Below, in pieces: positions 1 through 13,760 of a DNA stretch of 64,000 bases (positions are counted from its first letter, which is position 1; every line of letters begins with the position of its first letter). A program made the position numbers and the translations under genes. Origin of the DNA: an uncultured Chloroflexia bacterium (lineage in GTDB: Bacteria; Chloroflexota; Limnocylindria; QHBO01); contig CAWBOA010000003.1 in the NCBI GenBank assembly GCA_963790255.1, forward strand, positions 319,730 to 383,729, given 5' to 3'. The notes beneath the pieces were generated by a model that saw only the letters and a program-made list of their open reading frames with translations, made no database searches and was not told where the DNA came from.

Positions 1-59
1 GCGGCGGCGCAGCCGATGATTCCCCCGCCGATGACGACGACATCGCTGCTGGCCGGCAC
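1..59 (-). CDS. FAD-dependent oxidoreductase, N-terminal fragment (runs off the window)
   Basis: Reverse-strand translation from GTG at 59 reads VPASSDVVVIGGGIIGCAAA, a classic GxGxxG dinucleotide-binding N-terminus. Only about 19 codons are visible. Confidence 0.45.
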   Translation of the reverse strand, partial: MPASSDVVVIGGGIIGCAA

Positions 60-185
60 ATGATGTCGTTGCTCCACGGGCCGGAGGATAGCGGGCGGCG
101 GGTTTTGTCGAGGACGCCGCCACGCCGGTCGTCACGTTCGTATCGGCGACGGCCATCGGCCGGGCCCGCACGAAGGAGACGTTTC

Positions 186-737
186 ATGCCCAGCATCGAC
201 GAGCAGATCAACAGCCAGATCGCGAACATCGAGCGCAGCACGGGCCGGTCGCTCGCCGACTGGATCCAGGTCGTGCGCACCTCCGGCCTGGAGAAGCACG
301 GCGAGGCCGTCGCCATGCTCAAGGCCGACCATGGGCTCGGCCACGGGAACGCGAACCTCCTCGTCATCAAGGCGCGGGAGGCGGCGACCGGCGGAGCCCT
401 CGGCACCGACGAGGTGATCGACAGCCACTACGCCGGGCGGCACGCCCGGCTCCGGCCGGCCTACGACGCCGTCATCGCGGCGGTCACCGCGTTCGGCGAC
501 GACGTCGAGCTCGCGCCGAAGAAGACGTACGTCAGCCTGCGTCGCCGGAAGCAGTTCGCCCAGGTCGGTCCCGCCGCCGGCCAGCTGGAGGTCGGGCTGA
601 ACCTCCCGGGCCGACCCCCGACGGACCGCCTGGAGCCGACGACCGGCATGGCCACCCACCGTGTCCGCATCGCCGATGCGCGTGGCCTCGACGACGAGCT
701 CCTCACCTGGCTGCGCGATGCGTACGAGGGCGCCTGA
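186..737 (+). CDS. DUF4287/DUF5655 domain protein
   Basis: ATG at 186 is preceded by AAGGAG (173-178). MPSIDEQINSQIANIERSTGRSLADWIQVV...HGLGHGNANLLV is the typical DUF4287 N-terminus. The R-rich 42 codons upstream in the ORF track look non-coding. Confidence 0.7.
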   Translation: MPSIDEQINSQIANIERSTGRSLADWIQVVRTSGLEKHGEAVAMLKADHGLGHGNANLLVIKAREAATGGALGTDEVIDSHYAGRHARLRPAYDAVIAAVTAFGDDVELAPKKTYVSLRRRKQFAQVGPAAGQLEVGLNLPGRPPTDRLEPTTGMATHRVRIADARGLDDELLTWLRDAYEGA

Positions 738-759
738 CCGCCGGTAGCATCGGCGGCGC

Positions 760-1338
760 ATGAAGGTCATCTGCGGGCTCGGGAATCCGGGAGAGCGATT
801 CCGCCAGACGCGCCACAACGTCGGGTTCCGCGTCGTCGACCTGCTGGCCGACCGCTGGGGCCTGACCGGCGAGGGGCGGCTGCGCGACGGCGCGGCGCTC
901 GTCGAGGTCCATCGGCCCGGGACGGTTGGTCGCGTCCTCCTCGTCAAGCCGATGAAGTTCATGAACCTGTCGGGCGCGCCGCTGCGGGCGGCGCTGCGCC
1001 AGACCGACGTCGACGTGAAGAGCGACCTCCTGATGGTCACCGATGACATCGACCTTGCGTTGGGCCGCGTCCGGCTTCGTCGATCGGGATCGGCAGGCGG
1101 CCACAACGGGCTGCGCGACGTCATCGCTACCCTCGGCACGGACGAGTTCGATCGCCTTCGCATCGGCGTCGGGCGCTCGGGGACGGCCGCCGGCCACGTC
1201 CTGGCCACCTTCCGACCGGATGAGCGCGACCTGGCGACCGAGATGGTCCAGGTCGGCGCCGATGCGGCCGAGCGCTGGCTTGCCGACGGGATCGAGGAGG
1301 CGATGAACGCCTTCAACGGCCTGGAGCTGCATGAGTAG
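760..1338 (+). CDS. pth: peptidyl-tRNA hydrolase
   Basis: MKVICGLGNPGERFRQTRHNVGF...GGHNGLRD are hallmark Pth motifs. A TAGCAT -10 box lies 9 nt upstream of the ATG. Confidence 0.95.
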   Translation: MKVICGLGNPGERFRQTRHNVGFRVVDLLADRWGLTGEGRLRDGAALVEVHRPGTVGRVLLVKPMKFMNLSGAPLRAALRQTDVDVKSDLLMVTDDIDLALGRVRLRRSGSAGGHNGLRDVIATLGTDEFDRLRIGVGRSGTAAGHVLATFRPDERDLATEMVQVGADAAERWLADGIEEAMNAFNGLELHE

Positions 1339-2242
1339 CGAAACTGGCGGAGAGGCACCCTCGCAGCTGGTTGCCGAAGCGGTTGCTCGGGCCGGCGGCA
1401 GCATTCCAATCGAGTGGCATCGGTCGAGGGGCGGCGGGTATACGCCCGCTGAGAGGTGGCTCGTCCGCTTCGACGATGGCCGGCGCGCCTTCGCCAAGGT
1501 CGGTGTGACGCCGCTCGTCGCAACGTGGCTAGGTCGTGAGCTGCGCGCCTACCGCGAGATCACCGGCCCGTTCATGCCGACGCTGCTCGGGTGGGCCGAC
1601 TCGCCGATCCCAACGCTGCTGCTCGAGGATCTGTCCGATGCCCAGTGGCCACCGCCGTGGGATCGTCGCCTCGTTGATCTGACGCTCGAGGCGCTGCAGG
1701 CCGTCGCATCGACGCCGCCGCCGCGGTGGGCGAAGCCGATCCGCGACCTGAAGGATATCTTCTCTGGCTGGACGACGATCGCGACCGATCCCCGGCCATT
1801 CCTTGGGCTTCGCATCGCCAGCGAACGGTGGCTCCACGCCGCGCTACCCACACTGATCGCCCATGAGCGCCCGCCGGAGCTCGCTGGGGAGGCGTTGCTC
1901 CACTTCGACGTGCGCAGCGACAACCTCTGCTTCGTCGACGGCCGCTCCGTGCTCGTCGACTGGAACCTGGTTGCGCGAGGGAATGCACTGTTCGACGTTG
2001 CTGCGTGGCTGCCGAGCCTCGCGGCAGAGGGCGGGCCGCCACCCGAGGACGTGCGACCCGAGGCGAGTCTGTTCGCCCCGGCGCTGGCCGGCTACTTCTG
2101 CTCTCGCGCGCCGCTCCCGATCATTCCCGACGCCCCACGCGTCCGCGACGTGCAGCTCGCGCAGGCGAGAACCGCCCTGCCGTGGGCGGCCCGGTGGCTG
2201 GGGCTACCCGAGCCGGAAGGGAATCCGGACCGCACCGACTGA
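1331..2242 (+). CDS. phosphotransferase (APH/choline-kinase-like) family protein
   Basis: HFDVRSDNLCF...VLVDWNL matches the Brenner/catalytic-loop and DxN-type motifs of aminoglycoside-phosphotransferase-like kinases. It overlaps the pth stop by 8 nt. Confidence 0.7.
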   Translation: MSSETGGEAPSQLVAEAVARAGGSIPIEWHRSRGGGYTPAERWLVRFDDGRRAFAKVGVTPLVATWLGRELRAYREITGPFMPTLLGWADSPIPTLLLEDLSDAQWPPPWDRRLVDLTLEALQAVASTPPPRWAKPIRDLKDIFSGWTTIATDPRPFLGLRIASERWLHAALPTLIAHERPPELAGEALLHFDVRSDNLCFVDGRSVLVDWNLVARGNALFDVAAWLPSLAAEGGPPPEDVRPEASLFAPALAGYFCSRAPLPIIPDAPRVRDVQLAQARTALPWAARWLGLPEPEGNPDRTD

Positions 2243-2264
2243 CCTCCGCTACCATCCGCGGTCC

Positions 2265-5200
2265 ATGCCCTCGTCGCGCGGCGGTGATCGTCGCGTCGCA
2301 GCGCTCGTCGACGCCCTTCGGCCCCATCTGCCGCAATCGGGCGTCCTTCGTGTGCCTGCAGCGGCCCGGGCGGCCCACCTCGCGGCGCGTCGGACCGAGG
2401 TCACGGCCGGGCGGCCGATGGTCGTGGTGGCGCGCACTGACGACGAGGCGCATCGGCTGACGGACGACCTCGCCGCCTGGGTCGGCTCGGCGCACGTGCG
2501 CACCCTGCCGGAGCGGGCAGCGCTGCCGCTCGAGCGAGCGGCGGCCGAGCACGACGAGTCGGCCGAGCGCCTCTCGGTCCTGGCGGAGCTGGGTGCGGGC
2601 AGGCGCGGTCTGATCGTCGTCGGGTCGCTCCTGGCCTGGGTCCAGCGGACGCTCGGTCCCGAGCAGCTCCGCTCGATGCGGACCGCCGTCGCCGTCGGCG
2701 GACGCCTGCCGCAGCGCTCGCTGCTCGAGAGCCTCGTCGCCGGCGGATACGAGCCGACCGTCGAGGTGACGGGCATCGGCGAGTTCGCGCATCGCGGAGG
2801 GCTCATCGACGCCTGGCCGCCCGGCATGGCCGATCCGGTGCGGATCGAGCTGTTCGGCGACGAGGTCGAGTCGATCCGCTCCTTCGACGCGATGACGCAG
2901 GGCTCACGCCGCCGCCTGGAGTCGATCGCAATCGTGCCGGCCTCGGAGTTCATCCCCGCGGAGGGGTGGGGGCGGCGTGGTCGCGTCGGCGCCGGTCGCC
3001 TCGGACCAGCTGCGCGAGGACGCCGCGCGGCTGGCGCAGGGCGAGGTCGGGGAGGCCGCCGAGACGTGGGCGGCGCTCCTCACCGACGGCCCGGCGGCCG
3101 ACCACATCGGCGAGGCGGCGCACCTCGTCCTCACCGATCTCGACGAGCTGCGAGCGCTCGCGTCCGACCTCGACATCCAGGCCGACGATCGTCGCGACGG
3201 CCTCGTGGCGTCCGGCGAGCTTCCCCCCGACTGGCCGTTGCCGTATGACGCGGGCGGCACGCTCGAGGAGCTGACCGCCGCCGCGGCCGAGGTCCTGGAG
3301 GAGCAGGCGACGCGACGGCCGGCCTCAGCGCCGCGCCGCCGCTGCCAGGCCGGGCCGACCGCGCCGGAGCGTGGCTCCTGGAGCTGGCCGCCGCTGGACG
3401 CGCCGTCGTGGTCACCACCGACCAGGCCAGCCGCGTCGGTGAGCTGCTGGAAGAGGCCGGTCGGCCGAGCGGACCGACGGCGGAGCTGCGCAGCGTGCCG
3501 GGCGCCGGAGAGATCGGCCTGGTGCACGGCTCGCTGACCGGCGGCTTCGCCCACGAGCCGAGCGGGCTGCTCGTCCTGACCGACCGCGAGCTGTTCGGCG
3601 CGACCCGGGTCCGGCGCCTGACGAGCGGCAAGCGCGTCGTCACCCGCGACCTCATCGGGAAGCTCGCACCGGGCGACCACGTCGTCCACGTCGACCACGG
3701 CATCGCGCGCTACGTCGGCATGACGCAGCGCACCTTCGGCGAGGACGTGAAGGAGTACCTGCAGCTCGACTTCGCCGGCACCGACAAGATCTTCCTGCCC
3801 GCAGACCAGATCGGGCGCATCACGCGCTATGCGGGCGGGCCGGCGCCCGGCCTCTCGAAGCTCGGCGGCACCGAGTGGGAGCGAACGAAGCGGCGCGTGC
3901 GACGCGCGGTCGGCGACCTTGCGCGGGAGCTCATCGAGATCTACGCGGCGCGCGAGTCGGCACCCGGGTTCGCCTTCGGCGCGGACACGACCTGGCAGCG
4001 CGAGCTGGAAGAGAGCTTCCCGTACACCGAGACGCCTGACCAGGCGCGCAGCATCGAGGAGGTCAAGGCCGACATGCTCCGCCGGCGGCCGATGGATCGG
4101 CTCGTCGTCGGCGACGTCGGCTACGGCAAGACCGAGGTCGCGCTGCGGGCCGCCTTCAAGGCCGTCCAGGACGGCAAACAGGTGGCGGTCCTGGTCCCGA
4201 CGACCGTGCTCGCCCAGCAGCACCTGCTGACGTTCCAGCGCCGGCTCGCCGCCTTCCCGGTCGAGGTGGCGATGCTCAGCCGGTTCGTCGCCAAGCGGGA
4301 GCAGGACCGGATCGTGGAGGCCCTCACCGATGGGTCGGTCGACATCATCATCGGGACGCATCGGATCCTCTCGAAGGACATCGGATTCGCCGACCTCGGC
4401 CTCCTCGTCGTGGACGAGGAGCAGCGCTTCGGCGTGTCCCACAAGGAGCGCATCAAGGCGATGCGGCGCGAGGTCGACGTCCTCACGCTGTCCGCCACGC
4501 CGATCCCGCGCACCCTCCACCTGTCCCTCGTCGGCATCCGGGACCTGTCGGTCATCGAGACGCCCCCCGAGGCCCGCCTCCCGATCCAGACGCGTATCGC
4601 GGAGGACGACGACGGGCTCGTCCGCGACGCCATCGGTCGCGAGATCGACCGCGGTGGGCAGGTCTTCTACGTCCACAACCGCGTCGAGACCATCGAGGCC
4701 GCGGCCGAGCGGGTGCGGCGCCTGGTGCCCGGCGCGCGGGTGGCGATCGGCCATGGCCAGATGGCCGAGGGGATGCTCGAGCGGGTCATGATCGATTTCA
4801 GCGACGGGAAATCGGACGTGCTGGTGTGCACGACGATCATCGAGTCCGGCCTCGACATCCCGAACACCAACACGATCATCATCGTCCGCGCCGACACGTT
4901 CGGGCTGGCGCAGCTCTACCAGCTGCGCGGCCGGGTGGGCCGATCCGATCGCCGCGCACACGCCTACCTCCTCCACCGGCGCGGGATGCCGCTGACGCCG
5001 GTCGCCCGCAAGCGGCTCCACGCCATCTTCTCGGCCTCGGACCTGGGAGCCGGCTACCAGATCGCGCTCTCGGACCTCGAGATCCGCGGGGCCGGCAACA
5101 TCCTCGGCGCCGAGCAGCACGGCTTCATGGCCGCGGTCGGGTTCGAGATGTACACCAGGCTCCTGGCCGAGGCGGTCGACACCCTTCGCGGCCGCCAGCC

Positions 5201-5673
5201 GCTGCCCGAGCCGGCGCCGGTGCGCCTCGACCTGCCCGGATCCGCCTTCCTGCCGGATGACTACGTCGCCGACTCGGGAGCGAAGCTCGAGGCCTACCGT
5301 CGCTTCGCCGGCCTCCGCTCGGACGCCGATGCCGAGGCCCTTCGCGCGCGACCTCCGGGACCGATACGGACCGATCCCGCCGCCGGTCGAGGGGCTCTTC
5401 ACCGCCGTCCACGTGCGCCTCGCGGCCGAGGCCGCCGGCGTGCCCGAGGTGCGCGCCGAGGAGCGGCAGGTGACGCTGAAGTGGACCGGGCGGATGCCGG
5501 ACCGCCGGGAAGTGGCGGTCGCCCTCCAGGTCGCGGGCCTCCGCCCCGAGACCGCCTCCAACCAGGTCCGGATCCCGGTGGCCGCCGGGCGGGACCCGGT
5601 GGACGTCGCCCTGCGGGCGCTCGACGCCGTGGCCGGCTCAGCGTCGGCGCGTCCCGCCGCTCAGCCGGCGTGA
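2265..5673 (+). pseudogene. mfd: transcription-repair coupling factor Mfd, interrupted by three frameshifts
   Basis: Mfd-like sequence is spread over alternating frames. Frame 0 covers 2265 to about 2965 (VVVARTDDEAHRLTDDL...ELFGDEVESIRSFD). Frame 1 covers about 2965-3300 (GELPPDWPLPYDAGG). Frame 0 covers about 3300-5345 (DHGIARYVG, DVGYGKTEVALRAAF, DEEQRFGV, superfamily-2 helicase motifs). Frame 1 covers about 5345-5673 (DLRDRYGPIPPPVEGLF...). Frame 0 hits a stop at 3246-3248. Confidence 0.85.
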
Positions 5674-6129
5674 CCGCTTCGACGGCTTGAGCCGAGCTGC
5701 TGGGCCAGGGCGATCATGATGCCCTCGGGGCCGCGGACGTAGCAGAGCCGATAGCTGTCCTCGTACTGCGTCACCTCGCCAACGAGCTCGGCGCCGCGTG
5801 TGCGCAGGCGGGCAAGGACGTCCTCGATGTCATCGACGGTGAACATGATGCGACGGATGCCCAGCGCGTTCACCGATGCGTTCTCGGGTTCAGCCCTGAC
5901 TGCCGCTTGGCGTGTGGAACTTGTCCAGCTCGATGCGCCCGTGGCCGTCCGGGGTCCGCATCATGGCGACGGTGCTTCGGACGCCATCGAGCCCCACGAG
6001 GCGGTCGACAGACGGTCCCTCGACGGTCGTCTCGCCCTCAACCTCGAGGCCAAGCTCAGTGAAGAACGCGATCGCGGCCTCGAGGTCGTCGACGACGATG
6101 AGGACGTTGTCCATCCGCAGCTGTGCCAT
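5661..6129 (-). pseudogene. VOC/glyoxalase-family protein, split by one frameshift
   Basis: The N-terminal half (MAQLRMDNVLIVVDDLEAAIAFFTELGLEVEG...DKFHTPSGSQG*) ends at a stop at 5887-5889. The C-terminal half (..AEPENASVNALGIRRIMFTVDDIEDVLARLRTRGAELVGEVTQYEDSYRLCYVRGPEGIMIAL) continues in another frame. Together they form one canonical two-module VOC protein. Confidence 0.75.
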
Positions 6130-6288
6130 GGACCGAGTGTATCGGTGACATGGCGGCGGCCGTTCTCGACGACCGTCGTATACTGAGAGCCTTCTCGACC
6201 CGGGACGGGCGCACCCGTCCGGCGCCGATCTTCGACCGATGCCGCGACCAGCCAGCAGGGCAGGGCGCGGCGACGAAAGGAGGCGACC

Positions 6289-9153
<2,865 letters not shown>

Positions 9154-9159
9154 GCCAGC

Positions 9160-9185
9160 CCGGGGCCGTCCGTTGCCGGCCCCGG
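9160..9185 (+). terminator. GC-rich hairpin after acnA (putative intrinsic terminator, no U-tract)
   Basis: CCGGGGCC (9160-9167), a 10-nt loop, then GGCCCCGG (9178-9185), starting 7 nt after the acnA stop. Confidence 0.4.
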
Positions 9186-9248
9186 ATGCATCGGTCTAGA
9201 CTCACCGCGCGTCGAACCGCCACCACCGCAGGGAGTGCCCACACGACC

Positions 9249-9779
9249 GTGACCGTCTCCAGCGTCGACGAGCTGCGCGCGCTCATCCGCGAGGTCCCCG
9301 ACTTCCCGAAGCCGGGGATTCGCTTCTATGACATCACCACCCTGCTCAAGGACGCGGCCGCGTTTCGCGAGGTGATCGACCGCATGGCGGAGCAGGTGCG
9401 CGGGACCCAGGTGGACGTCGTCGTGGGCATGGAGTCGCGCGGCTTCATCTTCTCCGCGCCGCTCGCCTACCAGCTCGGCGCCGGCTTCGTGCCGGTCCGC
9501 AAGCTGGGCAAGCTGCCGGCGGAGACGATCGAGGTCGAGTACGAGCTCGAGTACGGCACGGCCACCCTCGAGATCCACGCCGATGCGATCTCCTCGGGCC
9601 AGCGCGTCCTCATCGTCGACGACCTGCTGGCCACCGGCGGCACGGTGATGGGCACCATCGAGCTCGTGCGGCGGCTCGGTGGCGAGATCGCGGGCCTCTC
9701 GTTCATGGTCGAACTGAGCGCGCTTCACGGCCGCGACCAGCTCGACGAGTTCGAGATCCACGCCCTCCTGAGCTACTGA
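9249..9779 (+). CDS. apt: adenine phosphoribosyltransferase
   Basis: [16 protein letters not shown]...[13 protein letters not shown] is the PRPP-binding motif. I prefer GTG 9249 (176 aa) over ATG 9186, because a TAGACT -10-like box (9197-9202) lies downstream of 9186. Confidence 0.85.
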   Translation: MTVSSVDELRALIREVPDFPKPGIRFYDITTLLKDAAAFREVIDRMAEQVRGTQVDVVVGMESRGFIFSAPLAYQLGAGFVPVRKLGKLPAETIEVEYELEYGTATLEIHADAISSGQRVLIVDDLLATGGTVMGTIELVRRLGGEIAGLSFMVELSALHGRDQLDEFEIHALLSY

Positions 9780-9799
9780 TCCGGGCCGGCACGGCACCG

Positions 9800-10660
9800 A
9801 TGGCGGTCGCGACCTCCGTTCGTCCCCGCGCCCGCGCCGTCAGCGATCGCGGCGAGATCGCCGCCTTCCTGCGCACCGATCGCCTCTATGCCGCCTACGC
9901 CCTCGGCGACCTCGACGGGCCGAACCGCAACCGGGTCGCGTGGGGGATCGCCTACGACGATGGCGGCACGCCGATCGCCCTTGTCATGCATCACGAGGGG
10001 CTCGTCCCGCAGCCGCTCTTCCTCATGGGCGACCCGGCCGGCTGCCGCGCCGTCCTCGAGAGCGTCCTGAAGCCGCGCGACGCGTACCTCCAGGGGCTCG
10101 AGATCCATGAGCCGGCCCTGCGCGACCTGTACGACCTTGACGCGCCGATCCAGATGCTGCGCATGGTCGTCGACCGCGACACGTACGTTCCCTTCGCCGG
10201 GCCGGCCGAGCGGCTGAGCGCGCTCGACGTCGAGGACCTCAACCGGCTCTACCAGCTCGGGTTCCGCGCCGGCTTCCCGGCATCGGTGCTCGAGGAGGGC
10301 GTGTACTACGGCATCCGCGTGCGCGGGCGCCTCGTGAGCGCCGCCGGCACCCACGCCATCAATCCGCGCGAGGGACTCGCCGTGGTCGGCAACGTCATGA
10401 CGCACCTCGACTTCCGCGGCCACGACTTCGCGAAGATGGTGACGAGCGCGGTCATCGCCGAGCTGCTCGATCGCGTGAGCGACGTCGCCCTCAACGTTCA
10501 CGCCGACAATGCCCCGGCGGTCGCGGCCTACGCGCGCCTCGGCTACCGTACCCACTGCCAGCTCGTGGAGCGCCTCGTTCGGAGGCGCTCGGGCGGCTGG
10601 GGACTGATGCGACCGATACGAGAGGCGATGCGAATCCCGTGGCAACGCGAAGCGAGATGA
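9800..10660 (+). CDS. GNAT-family N-acetyltransferase
   Basis: The C-terminal half ([29 protein letters not shown]...[13 protein letters not shown]) fits the GNAT acetyl-CoA-binding core. Confidence 0.65.
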   Translation: MAVATSVRPRARAVSDRGEIAAFLRTDRLYAAYALGDLDGPNRNRVAWGIAYDDGGTPIALVMHHEGLVPQPLFLMGDPAGCRAVLESVLKPRDAYLQGLEIHEPALRDLYDLDAPIQMLRMVVDRDTYVPFAGPAERLSALDVEDLNRLYQLGFRAGFPASVLEEGVYYGIRVRGRLVSAAGTHAINPREGLAVVGNVMTHLDFRGHDFAKMVTSAVIAELLDRVSDVALNVHADNAPAVAAYARLGYRTHCQLVERLVRRRSGGWGLMRPIREAMRIPWQREAR

Positions 10661-11916
10661 GGGCGGCCGACGTCGCCGACCTGGGCCAGGCCGATGCCGG
10701 CCGGCTGAAGATCGAGTGGGCGGACCGCCAGATGCCGGTCCTTGCCGGCATCCGCGAGCGGTTCGCGGCGGAGCGGCCGCTCGAGGGATGGCGGATCAGC
10801 GCCTGCCTCCACGTGACGGCGGAGACCGCGAACCTCATGCGCACCCTGGCCGCGGGCGGGGCCGACGCGGTCCTGTGCTCCTCGAACCCACTCTCGACGC
10901 AGGACGACGTGGCCGCGTCGCTCGTCACCCACTTCGAGATCCCGACCTTCGCGATCAAGGGCGAGGACCGCGACTCGTACTACACCCACATCGGCGCCGC
11001 GCTCGACCATCGGCCCCAGATCACGATGGACGACGGCGCCGACCTCGTGAACGAGCTCCACACGGCTCGCCGCGAGCTGCTGCCCGAGGTCATCGGCGGC
11101 ACCGAGGAGACCACCACCGGCGTGATTCGGCTGCGTGCCATGGCGGCCGCCGGCAAGCTCGAGTACCCGATCGTGGCGGTGAACGAGGCGCTCACGAAGC
11201 ACCTCTTCGACAACCGCTACGGGACCGGCCAGTCGGCGATCGACGGCGTCCTGCGCGCGACGAACATCCTCTTCGCCGGGAGCACTGTCGTCATCGGCGG
11301 ATACGGGTGGGTCGGGCGCGGGATCGCCTCGCGAGCCCACGGCATGGGCGCCAACGTCGTGGTCGTCGAGGTCGACCCCATCCGGGCGCTCGAGGCGGCG
11401 ATGGACGGCTTTCGCGTGATGAACGCGGCCGAGGCCGCACGCATTGGCGACCTCTTCATCAGCGGCACCGGCAACCTGAACGTGTGGGGACGCGACCACT
11501 TCGGCCTCATGCACGATGGCGCGATCCTCGCCAACGCCGGCCACTTCAACGACGAGTTCGAGCTCGAGGCCCTGGAGGCCCAGTCCGATTCGTCGCGCGA
11601 GGTGCGTCCCTTCACGCGCGAGTTCCTCATGCCCGATGGACGGCGGATCTACCTCCTCGCCGATGGGCGCCTGGTCAACCTCGGCGCGGCGGAGGGCCAC
11701 CCAGCGATGGTGATGGACATGAGCTTCGCGAACCAGGCCCTCGGTCTCGAATGGCTGCGCGCCAACCTCGACGGCCTGGAGCCGACGGTGCATGGCATCC
11801 CCGACGAGATCGACCGGGAGGTCGCGCGCCTGAAGCTCGAGAGCATGGGCATCTCGATCGACCCGATGACGGCCGAGCAGAAGGCCTACAGCGAGTCCTG
11901 GGAGTCCGGCACCTAG
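10657..11916 (+). CDS. ahcY: adenosylhomocysteinase
   Basis: [26 protein letters not shown]...HVTAETANL...GGYGWVGRG (NAD Rossmann fold)...GHFNDEF. ATG 10657 overlaps the GNAT stop (ATGA). GTG 10639 is an alternative start. Confidence 0.93.
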   Translation: MRAADVADLGQADAGRLKIEWADRQMPVLAGIRERFAAERPLEGWRISACLHVTAETANLMRTLAAGGADAVLCSSNPLSTQDDVAASLVTHFEIPTFAIKGEDRDSYYTHIGAALDHRPQITMDDGADLVNELHTARRELLPEVIGGTEETTTGVIRLRAMAAAGKLEYPIVAVNEALTKHLFDNRYGTGQSAIDGVLRATNILFAGSTVVIGGYGWVGRGIASRAHGMGANVVVVEVDPIRALEAAMDGFRVMNAAEAARIGDLFISGTGNLNVWGRDHFGLMHDGAILANAGHFNDEFELEALEAQSDSSREVRPFTREFLMPDGRRIYLLADGRLVNLGAAEGHPAMVMDMSFANQALGLEWLRANLDGLEPTVHGIPDEIDREVARLKLESMGISIDPMTAEQKAYSESWESGT

Positions 11917-12074
11917 GAATCGGCGCCCCGACGGCCTCTGGACGCACGCCACCACCGGTTCGACGTAGCATCCCGGTCAGGGGATGGCCCGGGGGGAGAT
12001 CATGGTGACCGTGGCGCCTCTGGCGCCTGGGGGGAACCGGTCGCCGCCTGGCCACCCCTGTCCACGCTGCGTCG

Positions 12075-13760
12075 TCAGGCGATGTCGCCGACCGGCCGTC
12101 CGGCGGCCCACCGGGGCGTTTCGAGCTTCCCGTCGCTCACGATCGTGCGGGCGCCGATGTTCAGGGTGTGGGTGCCCAGGGCCCCCGGGAGCCAGTCGGG
12201 AAGGATCTCTCCGACAGGCACCTCACGGTAGCGTTCCGGGTCGAGCTCTTCGACTCGATGGACCGTCATCGAGTGTCCGTAGCGGACCGCGCAGTTCTGC
12301 GCGGGCCGGTACAGGCTTCCGTCCTGGACGAATGGCCTGCCAGCGGGTCGAGCGCGGCGGACGTCGGAGACCACCGGGTTCGCACGGTGCGCGGTGTACG
12401 GCCCGCGCGGGGAATCGGCCCAGAACAGGTGCAGCTCGTCATTCGCGGAGGCGCCGACGGACGCGATGTTGACTGAGAGCCACCAGCGGCCGTCATGCTC
12501 GAAGACGGTCGGGTCGACGGCCTTGACGTCGCGCATCAGGACGGTGTCCAGCTCCCAACGCCAGGGAAACTCGACCGCACGATAGAGTTCGATCGACCGG
12601 TTCCCGGCCGTTTCGGGGGTCATGTACCAGTCGTCGCCCCACCGGAAGACGGCAGGATAGGAAAGGTGATAGTCGCGCTCGAGCACCGTCACCGGATCGG
12701 ATGTCGAGTCGTCGCCGAGCTCCATGACCGCGATGACTCCCTGGGTGCGCCGAAGCGGGCACGACTCGACGAAGATGAATGTGCGGCCATCGTGCTCCGC
12801 GAGGAACGGGTCCGCGAGGTACCGCCCGCGAGGCGACGGAATGATGCGAAACGAGGGCGCATAGTCAATGCCCGGCAGGCCGTGCTCGCGAGGCGCCCAG
12901 GCGACGAACCAGTGGCCAGTTAGCGCCCGATGCCGGAGCTGACCGCGAACGACCTCCAGCCCTCTCCGTAGGGCAAACGTCGTGGCGCGCAAGGGTCCCG
13001 GCGCGCGCGTGATTCGGGATGGCGGCACGACCGCGCCGATCTCGGCCGACGCCAGCGCCTCGGGCCCGCCCCGGTACAGATCCGCCAGCCGTCGTTCCAT
13101 GAATCGCGCTGTCTTCCAGTACGTCTCGTTCCGGTTCCGGAACAGCGACGTCTGGTCCGTCCGGCTGGCCGAGCGGTAGATCAACCGACCGGCGTCGAGA
13201 TCGTTGGTGAGCATCTGGAGGCTCGTGCCCGACACCGGATCGCGGTGAGCCATCTCCCAGAAGAGTGCGGGGCCCCCGCGATACTTCCGGTCGTCACCGT
13301 GGTGGTAGGACCAGACCCCGTGGCGGGCCGCCTCCAGGATTCGGCCCCCGAGGTTCCGGAATCCGAAGCGGAGGAGGACATCGAGGTCGTGGGCCCGCAC
13401 GGCATCGACCTCGTTGTCGGCGAGGCGGACCGGCGTTCCCCTCCGTGGTGCGACCCGCAGGGTTGGCACATCGCTCAGGAGCTCGCCCACCGGCATCGGG
13501 GTGAAGGCATGGTGCTTCACCTTCCTCCCGAACGCGCCCTGGTCCAGCTTCGCGTACACGAGGAAGGGAACCAGGGGGAGCTGCCGGAGTCGGTCCCGGA
13601 TGGACGGGGCGGTCGACGGGCTGTCGTTGAGCACGACGAGCTCAACGCTGGCGTAGTCGCTGGCCCGGATCGTGGCGATGATCGACTCGATCCAGCGTGG
13701 CACGACGAGCGAGTCGAGCAGCAGGCCAATCCGGAGCGGTCTGCCCGGGGATGCTGGCAC
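12075..13760 (-). CDS. fusion protein: formyltransferase-like N-terminal domain plus GH43/GINT1-like beta-propeller C-terminal domain
   Basis: N-terminus: [55 protein letters not shown] resembles the Formyl_trans_N catalytic core. C-terminus: [13 protein letters not shown]...[16 protein letters not shown]...[14 protein letters not shown] is a repeated-blade pattern. Confidence 0.6.
   Translation of the reverse strand: MPASPGRPLRIGLLLDSLVVPRWIESIIATIRASDYASVELVVLNDSPSTAPSIRDRLRQLPLVPFLVYAKLDQGAFGRKVKHHAFTPMPVGELLSDVPTLRVAPRRGTPVRLADNEVDAVRAHDLDVLLRFGFRNLGGRILEAARHGVWSYHHGDDRKYRGGPALFWEMAHRDPVSGTSLQMLTNDLDAGRLIYRSASRTDQTSLFRNRNETYWKTARFMERRLADLYRGGPEALASAEIGAVVPPSRITRAPGPLRATTFALRRGLEVVRGQLRHRALTGHWFVAWAPREHGLPGIDYAPSFRIIPSPRGRYLADPFLAEHDGRTFIFVESCPLRRTQGVIAVMELGDDSTSDPVTVLERDYHLSYPAVFRWGDDWYMTPETAGNRSIELYRAVEFPWRWELDTVLMRDVKAVDPTVFEHDGRWWLSVNIASVGASANDELHLFWADSPRGPYTAHRANPVVSDVRRARPAGRPFVQDGSLYRPAQNCAVRYGHSMTVHRVEELDPERYREVPVGEILPDWLPGALGTHTLNIGARTIVSDGKLETPRWAAGRPVGDIA

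Noticed and set aside
739-758. The 13-nt repeat TAGCATCGGCGGC, also present at 22926-22938.
   Set aside because: Both copies are simply a -10 hexamer followed by GC-rich sequence. Exact 13-mers recur by chance in 64 kb of strongly biased composition, and there is no extended similarity around them.
2904-5561. Very long antisense or alternative-frame ORFs. Examples: 885 aa opposite mfd, 132-1523, the upstream part of 5890-7149, 17656-19956, 53092-55272, 42156-43421, 61235-62626.
   Set aside because: Their translations are Arg/Pro/Gly/Ala-rich and low in complexity, with no motifs. Each lies opposite or out of frame with a clearly recognisable gene. Stop-codon scarcity in DNA above 70% GC produces such shadow ORFs.
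6203-6220. A perfect 7-bp hairpin GGACGGG-CGCA-CCCGTCC in the acnA 5-prime region, considered as an IRE-like autoregulatory element.
   Set aside because: The loop and stem do not match the IRE consensus (CAGUGN loop, bulged C). A short GC hairpin is expected by chance in this composition.
11955-12074. A promoter-like TAGCAT (11963-11968), GGGGGGAG and ATG (11999), opening a 162-aa ORF that runs antisense into the 3-prime end of the 12075-13760 gene.
   Set aside because: The ORF product is Arg/Cys-rich and looks like nonsense. At most this could drive a short antisense RNA, and nothing in the sequence alone supports that.
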